The position numbers and the translations under genes were made by a program. The notes beneath the pieces are model-generated. The model was not told the origin of the DNA. It did not search any database and saw only the letters and a program-made list of their open reading frames with translations. Positions 45,420 through 59,399 of a DNA stretch of 64,000 nt are shown here, piece by piece. The stretch is taken from assembly GCA_009103225.1 (NCBI GenBank), contig RHPI01003762.1, positions 151,586 through 215,585 on the forward strand. The letters run 5' to 3'. The stretch comes from Chlorokybus atmophyticus (Eukaryota > Plantae > Mesostigma and Chlorokybus algae). Each line of letters starts with the position of its first letter. Position 1 is the first letter of the stretch.

Positions 45420-48400
45420 CACCCACCCATTATACAAGCCCCCTCGAGAAACAAAGGAGGGATTTTATTGCTGTACAGCCCCTCCTTTTACAAACAGCCC
45501 CCCATGTCTCCTGCGTGGGTTATTCAACCAACGTTATGCACTTATGCTTTAGCGGGGGACCCCGCCCGGTAATGTTTATACCAGCCACACTTTACTGACT
45601 ACATTGCAACCAATAACATGATACGAATATCGTAGCAGCGCACTGTCATGTACATGGTCAGCACACATCAATAACATGTTGGCTCCTCCTATGCTACAGG
45701 AGAAGCCACATGTTGCAGCAAATTGTATTGCCATAGCTTAGTGGTTAACACGCCGCTGTTAAAGTGGTATTGGAGCTTGAGCAGCTAAAGTTCGCATCCG
45801 AAAGACATGAAAATGCAGACAGCCGTGAAAATGCGAACCAAGGCAAAACATCGATAGATTGATTATTAATTATATGTTGCAAGCTCGATAATCGTGAAAC
45901 GTTAAACAGTTAAAGCGACCGTAATTCAAGACCTCACATAGCATGGGGTTGTTGAATAGGACTCCGGGCATGTTCTTAAGCTTAAAGAGCTTCGTTTATA
46001 TGAGTTTACTGTAAGGGTTGGCCATTATTAGCTAAACAAGTTAAGACAATTGTAGTGTTTTTGCTCTCATAACATGTGTTATTCAACTGACTATTTATAG
46101 CAAAACACTGGTGGATAATCGTGCCGCAAATTGTATTTGATAAGGGTCTCATTCGCATTCATAATACAAAAAATGTACTTTTGGCGCTTGTGCAAGTATT
46201 GGTAATATATGTGGATGTATGTGTACTGTTTTCATGCAACCAAAAATGTAACGTCTTACATCACTTACGTGTAAACTTTCCACCTTCTCAAGATAGCATG
46301 CTTCATAATGTGTAAGTCCATATGGATTCTCATTGCGTTGGCGTGGAAACTGATGTAACATGGCGCCTTGACTACTAGCGTTATTACCCCAATACTCCCC
46401 CCCCCCCNNNNNNNNNNCCCCCCCCCTCCCCCCCTCTTTGGGGATTGTTAATTATATACAGAGCCCCTCCACGAAATGAAAGGGGGCACATTTGTTAGAC
46501 ATTAACACTTTCGCTTTATTCTCTACTGTACTGCTAGATATTATCTCAAACTTCTTTTGATAAATCATTTCAATTAAAGTTCGACAATCCTCCATAATTT
46601 TTTGGCATTAATAATGCACTTGCTAAAGGGCGTGGCATCAATGGAGTTTAATTGCATGAAGTGTCCGGCGAGCGGGTGCTTTCCTTTTGACGCTTTGCAT
46701 TCCCTATTTGTTAAACTGGCGGATAATCCGTGGCAATACAGTATTTCCTACCCGGGGGGAGGGGGGGGGGGGGGGGGGNGGGCGCGGGGTAAAACAACTA
46801 ATTTGGGGCTACGGTGTCCTTGATGTGTATGTATTAACATTATAGCCAATAATGTCTGCATACGTCCTTTATGATTATCATATGTGTATGCACATGAACA
46901 TGTCTTGCAAATGTCACTCGTAGCAAATGATAAATTGAGTACAAGCATACCTTGCATAGCGCTAATCATACACAAATTTTAAGTTTTATGCTCATTATGT
47001 ATGTATTAATAGTTTGATAATGTTCAAAAGTATAAAGTGTGTAACATGTTTGGCATGAGATAGAGCTTATAAAGCTTATACAGAGCTTACACACAATAAC
47101 TGACATTAATACATGTCAAGTGCAATTATGGGCCGCTTATTGCAGCAACAACCATTGGTAGCATCAATGGGCCCGGGTTACGATTATTAACATAACTTCA
47201 ACATGTTAGGTCATCCGCTACAATTGGACATGTGCCCTTCCTTAGATGGAAGCCAACCTCCCTTTTTAGAAGAATTTAGAATGTTTTTGAATGCGCTGAC
47301 AAGCAATCTTTCCCTTTTGTCAGCTAAAGAAAACCTGCGATTGTTGATGGAAGCCTTGGTGTGCTATAGAAGATGCAAAGCAAGTAACCATTGCAATGTA
47401 CTAAATATTCAAGTAACATACAATTTGATTACATATATAACATCAGAAGAAAAACATATATATGCGCATAGCCTGTTTCATTTGCTAGCAGTAATCATGA
47501 ATTATGCGTATATGAAGATATGACATGCTTGTTAATTGCTTATAAGACAAATATTCGTAAATATTCGCGCTGCGAGATTTGAATATTAATTTATCCACGA
47601 ATAAAACATAACATGATAAGTCATACTCGATCATAAATCAATATATGTGTAGGTTGAAGATGGCAATTGATGCTTTTACTTGTGTGATTGATAACAATGG
47701 ATTGTAACTCGAACTGTCTATGTAAAAGCAATAGAGATTGTATATTTTTGCATTGTGTTACAATTTGTGTTGCTCATAACTCATGACACGCCTGGGCACC
47801 AGTCGCAGCCAACGAGGTCGGTCGTCCCAACTTCGCCAGAAGTTGTGGCTCAACACCCGTTACGTTTTCGGGATTCTGGCGCTTCCCTGTGTGTGGCGCG
47901 AGCCTGCCGAACTCGCCGCGCGCGCGCGCGCGATGCACTGCTGACCGGCTGTCTGCCAGTGCTTGTGGCACTGCCAGGCGAGGCGACTTGCCAGTGGCGA
48001 CATCGTACCCCATCATGTCACGTGTGCGCTCCACTCCACTTTCAAACCACTTCAATCCTACTGGAACATGCTGTTGCTGCTGGCGACTCTGTCCAAAATG
48101 ACTTTATCGCCCACGCCGGCGGCGAAGAAGTGACGCCGCCCCGCCAGTACGTGCCCCGCGGCGGGGCACACTGGCGTTGTTGTTGTTGTTACTGCCACCA
48201 GCGNNNNNNNNNNNNNNNNNNNNNNNNNNNNNNNNNNNNNNNNNNNNNNNNNNNNNNNNNNNNNNNNNNNNNNNNNNNNNNNNNNNNNNNNNNNNNNNNN
48301 NNNNNNNNNNNNNNCCTATCCTCCCGCCCGCCCTGATGCACACCGCCGTCCGGCTCACCTCCCGCAGGTGACGGATACTACCACTACTCCTCCCTCTGCC

Positions 48401-49126
48401 CAGGAGGGGCAGCCCCGTCCCCCGTTGCTGCAGCAGCAGCGGCGGAGGGTGGGGACGCCAACTGTAACAACGCCAAGATGCCAGCGAGTGAAGCGGGGAG
48501 CGCCCGGGATGATGCCGCCTCGCAGGTGGGGGCATTGTTGAAAGATCTCATTTTATATAGACTCTTTGCTTGTACTCGGTGGCAACGTTGCTGGTTGGCG
48601 AATTGCATTTAATGTTGCACGACCAAAGAACAGCAATGAGTGCATCGAATATAGCAGACATCTGTCAACCTCACTTGCATAACATAGATAAGTGTGTATT
48701 GAACCACATGTAGCCAGGCGTGCATTACACCGCGTCTGGGTGTATGTGCGTCACTTACTCACCCTGCAATTCAGTAGGCGGCCAGGTATGCACCTGAGGG
48801 TGTGTGCGCGCGCGCGTGTCGTAACAATTTGTATCATCTTGCAGTCGCAATATGCATGACGAGGCACACATGTATTTGCGCCTCGTGACTGCAATCTGCG
48901 TTAAGGGTGTATACGCAGCGCGACACAACTAGCTGTTGCGGAGATTAACCAAACCAAGTCAACCATATTTCTTGTGCAGCATGGCACTGTCTGGTTTTAG
49001 GGCATGTTGACAAGTGTCAGCGATGCACCTCTCCTAAAGCCTTCAATTGCAACACTAAGCACATGCAATCACTCGATGGCATGATTTAGCCTTAGGAATG
49101 CTGCTACGCGTGCGTAGCTCAAGTTA

Positions 49127-49128
<2 letters not shown>

Positions 49129-49202
<74 letters not shown>
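49129..49202. repeat. (TC)n microsatellite, about 37 units
   Basis: Direct reading. Confidence 0.98.
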
Positions 49203-49205
<3 letters not shown>

Positions 49206-49291
49206 TGTCTTGCACACTGAGCTTGCTGCGTGGTAGGGTAACTGACAAACGGCTGCGCACATTGTCCACTGTTGTGTTGCAGCAATCGGGC

Positions 49292-52200
49292 ATGTCCTCG
49301 CATCAAGGAGAGAACGACGGTGTGAAGGACTTGCTAAAGAAGGACTCCAGCGTGCAAGATGCGGTATTCGGTGTGTTGTACACGCTGTCGAAGGAGAAGT
49401 ATGCACGGTCGAAAAAGTTTGCGCTGATAGCCATCGTCCTCGACTACTTCCAGATGCTGGTGTTCATGGTGGGGCAGCCGTTCCCATGGCACATCGACAC
49501 GGGCAGCGTGCTCTTTAAGTTGATCAGCTACGTGCAGCTGAACAACCCCCTGGTCGCTTTGGGCCACACCTCGTACCTGGTGGTGTTTCTGCTGCTGTCG
49601 ATTATGCTGCTGGGGAGCGCGGCGCTATGCGGCTTCGTGGCGCACAACTTCAAGACAGGCCACTTTCCCTACGTGTGGCCGATCAAGCTGCTGCGCTTCT
49701 TCATCAGCATCTTCTTCAGCATCTTCTACATCTCCTCGCTCAACACGTTCATGATCTCCTTCGACTGCCGGTTCCGTCACCTGCCGGCGGGTACGGCGCC
49801 CTACGTGGAGGCCTTTCCCGAGCAGAAGTGCCTGAACGCCAGCAACATGTTTCTGGCGGGGTTCGGCGTGTGCATGTGCGTGCTTTTCTTCGCCATCGCG
49901 CTGCTGCTGGAGCTGGCCGAGTCCGAGCAGGATCCGCTCACGGACAACGTGCTCGGCAGCCCCGACTCCCGCGAGGGCATCATCATCTTCCTGCTCAAGA
50001 CCGTCATGACGATCGTCACCACCCTTGCGTCCAACGCCGAGTACATGAAGCTGCAGGCGATCGTGCTGCTGTTCGCCTCGTGGGTCATGGAGTACCGCGT
50101 CATCCGCTGGGTGCCCTGCTACTCCCCCTTTGTGAACCGCTTCCGCTCCGCCCTCTTCTGCTCCCTCGCGGCTCAGGCCGCCACCCTCATGCTGCTCGTC
50201 CTCGTGCCCGCCGCCTCCCAGGCGCTCACCGTCCTCATGGTGGTCCTGTCCTTCCTGTCGCTGCCCGCCGGGTGGTTCGCACTAGAGTTCAGGCTCAGGC
50301 GCGTGCTGCGGGTCGCCAACAAATTTCTCAACCAGCCCGTCAAGGCGCCCGGAGAAGACGAGGAGGAACTGCATGACTTCAGGGATCCGCAGGAGGTTGA
50401 GATCTGCTCCCGATGCCTGCGAGTGGGTGAGAAGAAGCGCAAGCGCGTGATGGTCCAGGATGAGGCACAAGTGAACGCGGCCGAGCTCATCCTGCTCACC
50501 GGCCTTGCGCAGTTCCCGGACAGCCCATTCCTCCATGTGGTGTACGCATCCTTTCTCATTCGCCTACGCAAGAACCAGGTGCAGGCGCAGTTCCACATGG
50601 AGAAGGCCAGAGGGTTGAATCCAGGCGTCAGAGAGCGCTTCATGATCTTCGTGCGGGATAGGGAGCGGAAACACTCCCTGCAGAGCGAAAGCACGGGGGA
50701 GGCGAGCATGGACTTGGTCTCCTATGTGGAGTTCCAGAACAATTACAACCTCAGCCTCGCTTCGCACAAGTAAGGAGCAGTCTTGTGCACAATGCACTAG
50801 TGCCTTGCCTGTCGGAATATGGTGCTTGTGAATCACTGTGGCCTCCTCTGCGGACCCTGTCCTGATCACCAGCGCATCTTACAACACACGTGCTGCTGTT
50901 AATGCTCGCTGCTTCTCACTCATCATGTATCTGTCTAACCTGACCAGGAACGCGCTGAAGGCCACGCGTCGCTTCTGGCGTGTGGTGATGGTGGACAATG
51001 TGTCCTTCAGCCTGCTGGCATCGGCATTCAACAACATCGACTCGGCCGAGAGCAAGGCCGATCGCGCGTACCGCACGGTGCTCGAGCGCTACCCAAGGAG
51101 CGTGAAGCTTCTGCGCTCGTACGGCCACTTCCTTGAGGAGGTGCGCAACGACCCTTGGGCCGCGCGCAAGTACTACACCGAGGCCGACAAGCAGGAGGAG
51201 GCGCTGGCGCAGCTCAATCAGGAGGCGGGTGAGGGGGATGGCGGGGCCAACGGTCGCATTGACGACACCAAGGATGGCATGGTAGTCATCAACAAGGTCG
51301 GCATCATCCAGTTCACCAACAAGGTCGTCCTCAAGATGCTCGGCTACAAGAAGGACGAAGTCTGGGGCAAAAATGTGCGGATCTTGATGCCCGCGCCCTA
51401 CTCCACGCTCCACGACAGCTACCTTGCCGCTTACAACACCACCGGCAGGGCCAAAGTCATCGGCAGCACACGCTCGGTGGAGGCGAAGCACAAGGAGGGT
51501 CACACCATCCCCATCAACCTGTCGGTTAACAAGGTGGAGACGAACGGTGAAGTCTCGTTCACGGGCGTGTTGCGCCCTGCAGATGATGACGACATGGCAT
51601 GTGTCACGCTGTCTACCCCGAGCTGCAACGTTCAGGGCGTCAATAAGGCTTTCTCCAACATGTTCGGGTACAAGGTCGGCGACATCGCCGGCAAGAACTT
51701 CCGCAAGCTAATCGCGACGCGGCATCTGCCGGCATCCGCCGATCTTCAAGAGTTTCTCGCGCAGTTCAAAGCTGATCCGACAAACGAGCACGTTGGCGAG
51801 AAGCCCCGAGTGGATGGCATGCACAAGTCCGGGGACGAGTTTCCCGTAATGCTCGAAGTGGTGACCAAAGATGGAAACGTGATGGAAGTGAAGATCCAGT
51901 CTCTCAACGATCAGCTGGGCATCTTGACAATCGATGTGAGGGGGAAGGTCGTTTCCGCCAACAAGTTCGCCTGCGAGATGTTTGGGTATACCGAAGAGGC
52001 CCTGGCGAAAATGAACGTGTCCTCGCTGATGCCGCTGTAAGTTTACTGAGAACGTCGCTTTTCTGACTCTGTTTCCCGCTTTGTTTCGGGTGAGAATGTA
52101 CAGATGCCCTGAAGATGCAGTATTTCAAGCTGCCAACATGAAGGGCCCTTGCAAGTTGTGTCAACTTGTGCATGAAGCAGTCACACAGGCAATGCGTAGT

Positions 52201-55200
52201 ACTGTATGAGTCTGGTTGGTAACAAACCGTGTGCAATCCATACGGCAGGCCGTACTCGCGCTTCCACTCATCGTATCTAAAAAAATATGCTGCCACGGGA
52301 AAGGGAGGAGGGCGCGTCATTGGTAGCGTCACCGGTCGCACTGTGGCCGGCCTCCACCGAGACGGCAGCACCTTTGCCATGGCGTTGGAAGTGAGGGAGT
52401 TGAAGGATGAAGCGACCAACGCGCGCATGTACTCCGGGCGCATCACCATGGCCGACCCGCGCCGCCCCGACAACAACCGTATCGACCTGATTGTCAGGAT
52501 TGAAGGTGAAATCAAGACCGCGTCTTCTGCATCCACAGATATTCTCGGCATTCCTCCAGAAGAGCTTGAAGGTGAAGACGCTGCCGGTATGCTGACCTTT
52601 CTGGATGGCAAGTCAACTCCTCTACACGAGCGACTCGCGCACCGCGAGCATGAGACGATGGGGTTTACATGCTGGTCCGCGACAGCCAAGCACAGGAACG
52701 GGAGCACTGTCCAGTTTGCTGTTGTGATGGACCACGCCGAGCACGAGTCCGAGAGCGTGCTGGCAGTACAGCTGTGGTCGCTGGCAGCCGTTGAGGGCGT
52801 GATCGGCATCACAGATGGCGGCGTCATCACTCAGGTCAACAGAGGTGTGGAGATCATGTTCGGGTACAGGTCCAACGAGCTCGTCAGTGGGAACATCACA
52901 AAGCTCATGACCTCCGACATTGCAGCCGAACATCCCTCGTACCTGTCTGCATACAAGCAAACGGGCAGGAAGAAGGTGATTGGCTCGCGCCGCTCCATGG
53001 TCGCACTTCACAAGAATACCTCTTCCATCTTCGTCGACATTGAAGTGGCTGAGGTCGGCCGCGCCACAGCTGGCCTTGCTGAAGGCACCGTTTACATCGC
53101 CCGATTGGTCAGTGGACAGCCCAACAAGGAGAACATGAAGGCCCTTTCTCGGTCAAACACCGCACGCATGGAAGGAGGAGGAGCGGCTGACCCCAGCATC
53201 GTGCGCGGGCGCCCTTCCCTTGCCGACCTGCCGAGCCCCGGAGGAGGAGTTGTCGCCGCCGCAGCAGACCAGCTGCAACAGGCATTGGCAGCAGCAGGTA
53301 AGCAGCTCGGACCGCCTGGGCTGGGCGGGCGCAGCTCCCCCTCCTTGGGCGCGTGTCCCGTTATCTCTGATGGCGGCGTGGCGCGCATGGGAGCGCGGTT
53401 GCCGTACGCTCTGGAGGCCTTCATGAAGGACAGGGCGGAGGACTTGCCCAACTTGGCGGATCAGGTGCAGTCGCCGCTATCTGAGACGGTGGAGTCCCCG
53501 ACAACTGCCGCCAGGTTTGGCTGCCACAAAGACATCGATCAAACACGAATGTCGTGTTGTATTGTCACACATGCACCTGCAGCCGTATGTGACTCACTTT
53601 TACAAGTAGGAGGACTGTGCGATTCTCCATTGCCAACAACGACGATGATGAGGCTTCAGCGACCAAAGCATGTACGTGAGCCGTTCAGTACACCTAACGC
53701 TTGAACCAACACTTTCAACACTGTATTGTGATACCGATCGCTGTATGATCTTGCCAGCGGGACCAAAGGAGATGTTGCGACTGGATTCGCTGCGCGAACA
53801 ACCATCCGATAAAGAAAGCAGTGACAGAGAAAACATTGATGACAGTGATCGATTGTCTGCAATGGACCCTTCTGAGGTAGGTTTGATGTCACGATGTGGT
53901 CGACATGCGGAGAGACAAACGTTTGATTGGCTCCCATCTTACCTGCTTGGTCAGTTGAACGAGTCTGAAGCGGATGGCAAGGACGGAGGAGGAGGAGGAG
54001 GAGGAAACTTCCAGAGAGCCAAGCGTTACCGTTCCATCCTCAAGCTCGTCAGCAACAGCAAGATGCGGAGCGCCATATCCGCACTGAGCTTCCACACCCG
54101 CATCATCGCCATCATCCTCATGCTGTCCCACGTCCTCTGTTTCGTGGTCCTGCGCATCGAAGTCCAGGCTCAAGTGAGCCTGGAAAAGCAGGTCAAAGTA
54201 GCGGGCGATGGCACCTTCTATGCTCAGCTGGTGGCCATTGATGCACGCGTACTACAACATAATGGTGGAATGGCAACAAACGCTAGTGCAGCGCTGATTA
54301 CAGCCACCGAAGCAAAGATGAACTCGCACCTCGACTCATTGGAGAGTGTCTTGGAAGGCTTGTATCTTGGCTTCAAGTAAGTGTCTGTGTGACAGAGACG
54401 ACTTGCTATTAGCAACAACCCCACTCTTTGACTGTGTATGTCTTGCAGGGGCCTAAGCAAACCTGGCAGCAAGCACCTGCAGCACTTGTTTGACGACCCA
54501 ATACTCAACATCACGGTTCTTGAGGACAATCAACCCCCCACTTACCGGTACGATCTCCTTGGCCTGTGGGATGCAGGCAAGTTCTACATGCAGTCGGCAA
54601 GGCAGGTTGCTTTGCCACACAACCACAGCCGCGACGCGGAATCTGCTGCATGGCAGTACGTCATGAGGAACGGTACGTTGGGGGGTGGGGGTGGGTTGAA
54701 AGTGGTAGTGTGCACCAAGTCCTGTATGTGCAGTGCGGTTGACGATATGAATGTATAATTGACAGGGCCGCCCACCATCTCGCCTGCTTTAATTGACGCC
54801 CAGTACGACGTCACGACCCGTGCAACAACCAATGTCCAGCGTGTGCAGATGTTTCAAAGCGGTGTCTATGTGTTTGAGGGTGGCTTCGTGTTTTTCCTCA
54901 CCATGTTGTACCTTTGGAGTCTCCTTCGCCGGGTCGCTGAAGAGCGTGTGGGCCTCTTCACCGTGTTCATATTCGTGCCTCGTCCCATCGTGCGCGCCCT
55001 CGCCTCACGCCCCATCTCCGTGGGTGCGGAAGAGAGCGATGACGACCTCTCGGACAACGAGTTCCAGCAGAAGCACAACGTGAACAAAAGCAAGGCCGGA
55101 GGCGTGGATGAAGATGATGAGGACGAGGGCAACATCAACTCCGCACCTGGCGCAAGTAACACCGATCTTGAATCCATCAAACAGAAAGTGCGGAGGAGTT

Positions 55201-56336
55201 TCAAAACAAACGCTGTCATGCCCGTGTCCACTGTGACGCAGATTTCACTCAGCAGCAAAGGGCGCAAGCGGCACCTCAACAGCACCGGCGCAGACTCTTA
55301 CAAATTCATGGTCCCAACCTTGGCCTTTGGAGTGCTTACCCTGCTGAGCTTCATGATTGGGAGGGCCATTCTCATCAAGAACACGGAGCCGCTCGCTGAT
55401 ACCAACGCCGCACAGGTCGTGTCGTACCTGCAAGTCAGGACGCGCTTCTACGCTGCGGAGGTCGTGTTGGCGCAAACCAACGGCAACAACGGCAGCTTGC
55501 CAGAGCTGAGGCAGCTACTCAACACAACGGCCAGCCGGATGCAATTCTACTACGAATCGCTGTTGTATGGAAACCACGACCTCAACCTCCAAGGTGCACA
55601 GGGCAGCTTGATGTTTGGTGTTGTTGATTTTGCTGAATGAAGACTGACACGCGCTTGCAACGTTGCACATACAGGTTCTCTCTACCACTATCCAATGAAT
55701 GTGAAGTTGCTCTTTGGACACGGGTGCTTGAGCGGAGTGCCAGCAAACTGTTACAACAACACCAACCCTTACTACCCCATGACTAACAATGGGCTGGACG
55801 GGCTCATTTACTACTACATACAGCAAGCGCAGCTGCTGAGCCAAGATGCTGCTGAAGAATTAAACTGGAGCAATCCTCGGTTTCAGTTCATGTGGTAAGC
55901 TAGCTCTACGTGTGTTTTGTGCATCATGTGTGAGTCAGTGCATATTTGAGAACTGACACTTGTGTGGCTGCCAGGACTGTGGGCCCCAGCATCATGCATG
56001 ACGCATTCAACACATGGATCAATATCTACTACGGCACAGTTGGCAGCCGCTCGCAGATCAACCTCGTTGTGCAAAGCCTCATCTTTGTCAGCATTGTTCT
56101 AGGCACGTAACCCGTCACATCGACATAAACAACAACATTCCTTTTCCCATGACTGCAGCAGAGTTGACGTTGCAAACCCCCTTGCAGGTGTCTGGATTAG
56201 CTATGTCTACTACCTCAAACCATTCTTTCAGCGCACTCACCTGGAGTCTAAGCGCGTCGCCGAGCTTCTTTCTCAACTCCCACCAGCGTTGAAAGTGGAA
56301 AAGATCATCCAGGAAGCAGGCGCCAACAAACAGTAA
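49292..56336 (+). CDS. Spliced multi-PAS-domain polytopic membrane protein (TmcB-like / FixL-like PAS sensor)
   Basis: Exons by eye: 49292-50769, 50948-52036, 52249 to ~53300/53514, several from ~53758-55893, 55975-56102, 56188-56336. Splices LASHK|NALK and LMPL|PYSRFH keep the frame. Hydrophobic N-terminal helices, about 5 PAS repeats, C-terminal TM region ending ESKRVAELLSQLPP. Middle exon boundaries are uncertain. Confidence 0.85.
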
Positions 56337-58249
56337 TCTATTCTGACTGGTGTCGGCTCGCACAACACCAGATATGCCACACTGGCACAGTACAAAATCC
56401 TGCGCGCTCCCGCCCAACCACCATGCTATATGTCCACTCATAAGTCGTGATATGGCTAGGTAATGTGAGGCTAAGCACTAGTACAGCTAGGTAGATGATT
56501 GTCAGATGTAGACACTTGCACATAGTCCTGCAGAGACCCCAAAACTTGTAATACGGAGTGTCCTGCAACAAGCTTTGCATGTTGAAATGCATTGCCATCC
56601 AAGTAAGCACTTAACAGTCCAGCACCCTGCCGTTTAGGACATGAGCGTCGAACAGAAAAATATACTCACATTACGGTACCGTAGGTTCTGCCTNNNNNNN
56701 NNNNNNNNNNNNNNNNNNNNNNNNNNNNNNNNNNNNNNNNNNNNNNNNNNNNNNNNNNNNNNNNNNNNNNNNNNNNNNNNNNNNNNNNNNNNNNNNNNNN
56801 NNNNNNNNNNNNNNAGAGTACAGCAAAGTACCAACGGCAAGGACTGTCAACGGCAAGACAGCTCCAATACAGCATTTTCCCCCACCCCTTTCCGTTCCCC
56901 CTGTCGACAATGGTTGTCTCTGGCGATTGAGCTGCACAAGCTGGGTCTAAGTAGGGTGTGTTGCTGCTTGCCCCCCCTCCCTTTCGCAGTGCTCAAGTCA
57001 CCTTGGTGATCGCCATGTCTGAACAGGGTCTTGATGAGATGCCGTGGACACCTGGACCACAGCTCGTACACAAGCATATCAATGAGCCGCCTGCACAGGC
57101 ATTCACACAAGTCTTGATGTGTTCTCCTAACATGCATACGTTGTTAGGTGCTGCATGCAGCTGTAACTTGTCTGAAATAAGCACTGCAACAACTACAGCG
57201 TGCTACGCTGTTGAAGCGTGTCCGCTGCTTTATTGGCTGTTTGACTTGGTGATCCCATGGTTGAGTGCGCACTGCAAGTTTGCCGACACCGTTCTTTAGT
57301 AGCTTGTTTTTGAAGTTCTCTTGCACTTGTCGTGGGCACATACGACGTAGCCACATGAACCAATCAGTCCTGGGGGAGTCAATGGCACACGTGCAATCCG
57401 GACATTGTAAGCAGTGCCTGAATTAGACCGTTCGAGATGGCTTACGCTACACATGACATGACAGGAACAAAGGGCGCGTCAAAACTGAGCATACACGCAA
57501 TGCAAATGCGTCAAGTGTCCACCTTGCACCCAATGAGTGTTGCTGCAGGTGTACCTGTGCCACTTAACCATGGCGCCGAAAATGCTCTTTGAGTGGTATA
57601 CTGTTTAGGGTCAGGTGGCGTCAGTATTGGTGTAGTTGTATGGTATGATTGTTTGTGGTAGAGTTGCAGCCCGAGAGCTCAATGCTTTTACAGCAGTGCA
57701 CTTCATTTAGACTCTAGCATGCTGCACACCGTAGCACCTGCAGTGGAAGCAGCTATTGCCCAGTAGCATCCGCGCAGACGCCTATCCAGCGCTGCCTCCT
57801 GCCGGTGCCACCAACTGCTGGCGCCCGCCTTGACCAGCTGTACCGCAGCCATGACGCCGCCACCGCCCAGTCGGCACTGGCGCAGGCGAAGCTGACCGGT
57901 TGATCATTCATTCTCCTTTTGCTAGCTGGTGTGCTTAGTCGCTAAGCAGTAGTACTACTTGGCCTGTTGTCCCAGTGCATGCATGTTGGGTCAGCACAGC
58001 GGCCCATGGACTTGACTCCATTTTCAACGCACAAACTAGCTTTCAGCAGTCGTCCTGCCCAACATGGACACACAACAGAGGCACATGTATGTTAAACCAA
58101 GAAGTACATCGCGCGAGTGACGATACATTACATGGGCATAAACATCATGGGTCCAAGCATTACCTATAATCAACACAAAGTCCAATCAAGTAAAGCCTAC
58201 CACATCACCCAGCGCAATATCACGAGCAAGCGGGGCGTCTCGCGATGGG

Positions 58250-58600
58250 GCTGTCCATGCAGCAACCGCCACAAAAGCCAAGATAGCAGATGTTTGCGAA
58301 CGCTGCAACATGTCAAGGAAACGCTGGCGAAATAAATTGAGCGACCAACCGCTGAATGAAGCGAGTCTCCTACTCACGTGCATCCACCACACATTGAGCA
58401 CATGTGAACAAAAGATCGTCCACTGATGCTGCCAACTAGCCATGAGAGTCTGGCCAAAGGGATGAAGGTGTCAGATTCGTTGTCGTGGTACTTAGCCTTC
58501 TCGCGCTCAGCTGCCATGACGCCCGCACACAGATGTGGACAGCAGGCCATATATGCCACGTCAAACAGCATGCAACTGTCGCAGCCTAGCATGTTACAAT
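58250..58600 (-). pseudogene. Possible remnant of a non-LTR retrotransposon restriction-like endonuclease C-terminus
   Basis: LFDVA...AAEREKAKY...TFIPLA resembles the D..AE..K..KY..F.P.A pattern; short and degraded. Confidence 0.3.
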
Positions 58601-58612
58601 GTTGCATGCCAC

Positions 58613-59396
58613 AGTGTTCATCCACCTGCCGTGCTGCTCGTGGTCCAACAATGGCAACACACCTGTCACCTCATGTTGCACAGTGCAAACCGCCTCCGGT
58701 AGGATTGACCGTCCTTGCAAACTCATACAAACAGGTCACCATACATGGTGCGACCCCAAAAAAACATGGGACCGTTCACGTGAGGTTTGGACCATGCATG
58801 GTCCGACTGTCATTGACAGTCCGACCATATATGGTCCACCAATTTCACTTAGCAGGGGAAAATCCCGGTCCCGGTAGGACGGTCAATCCTACCGGAGGCG
58901 GTTTGCACTGTGCAACATGAGGTGACAGGTGTGTTGCCATTGTTGGACCACGTGTGGGGGGTGTCACAATTTACATCACGAGTGGTGATCCGGTGCCCGT
59001 CGCGCCTGCACATGGACAAGTGTGCAGCCCTTGCATTCAACAGCCGAGGATCGCACACAAACAACTGAATGTCCGCTAGTAGCGCACCGATTGACGTCAA
59101 AGGACCATGAATGGTCCGTACCTCTGGATCGGGATTTTCCCCTGCTAAGTGAAATTGGTGGACCATATATGGTCGGACTGTCAATGACAGTCGGACCATG
59201 CATGGTCCAAACCTCACGTGAACGGTCCCATGTTTTTTTGGGGTCGCACCATGTATGGTGACCTGTTTGTATGAGTTTGCAAGGACCATGTATGGTGCAA
59301 TGCCCCCTACCGGAGGCGGTTTGCACTGTGCAACATGAGGTGACAGGTGTGTTGCCATTGTTGGACCACGAGCAGCACGGCAGGTGGATGAACACT
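58613..59396. repeat. Near-perfect foldback (X-Y-X'-spacer-Y'-X')
   Basis: 58613-58870 is inverted at ~59127-59396; 58637-58713 is also inverted at ~58877-58952. Confidence 0.9.
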
Positions 59397-59399
59397 TNA

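Noticed and set aside
45730-45770. TAGCTTAGTGGTTAA resembling a tRNA D-arm
   Set aside because: No B box or cloverleaf follows
45420-47750. AT-rich stretch with C and G homopolymers as a possible MITE or Helitron
   Set aside because: No terminal repeats, TSD, hairpin end or ORF that I can support; it contains Ns
48168-48203. 36-bp exact copy of 37118-37153 (Gag Asn repeat), suggesting a third DNMT element
   Set aside because: It abuts an N gap and has no other element sequence around it; most likely a gap-filling artefact
49069-49406. ORFs with (ER)n tracts
   Set aside because: Translation of the (TC)n microsatellite
56815-56879. 65-bp exact copy of 61743-61807
   Set aside because: It begins immediately after an N gap; probably an assembly artefact rather than a biological repeat
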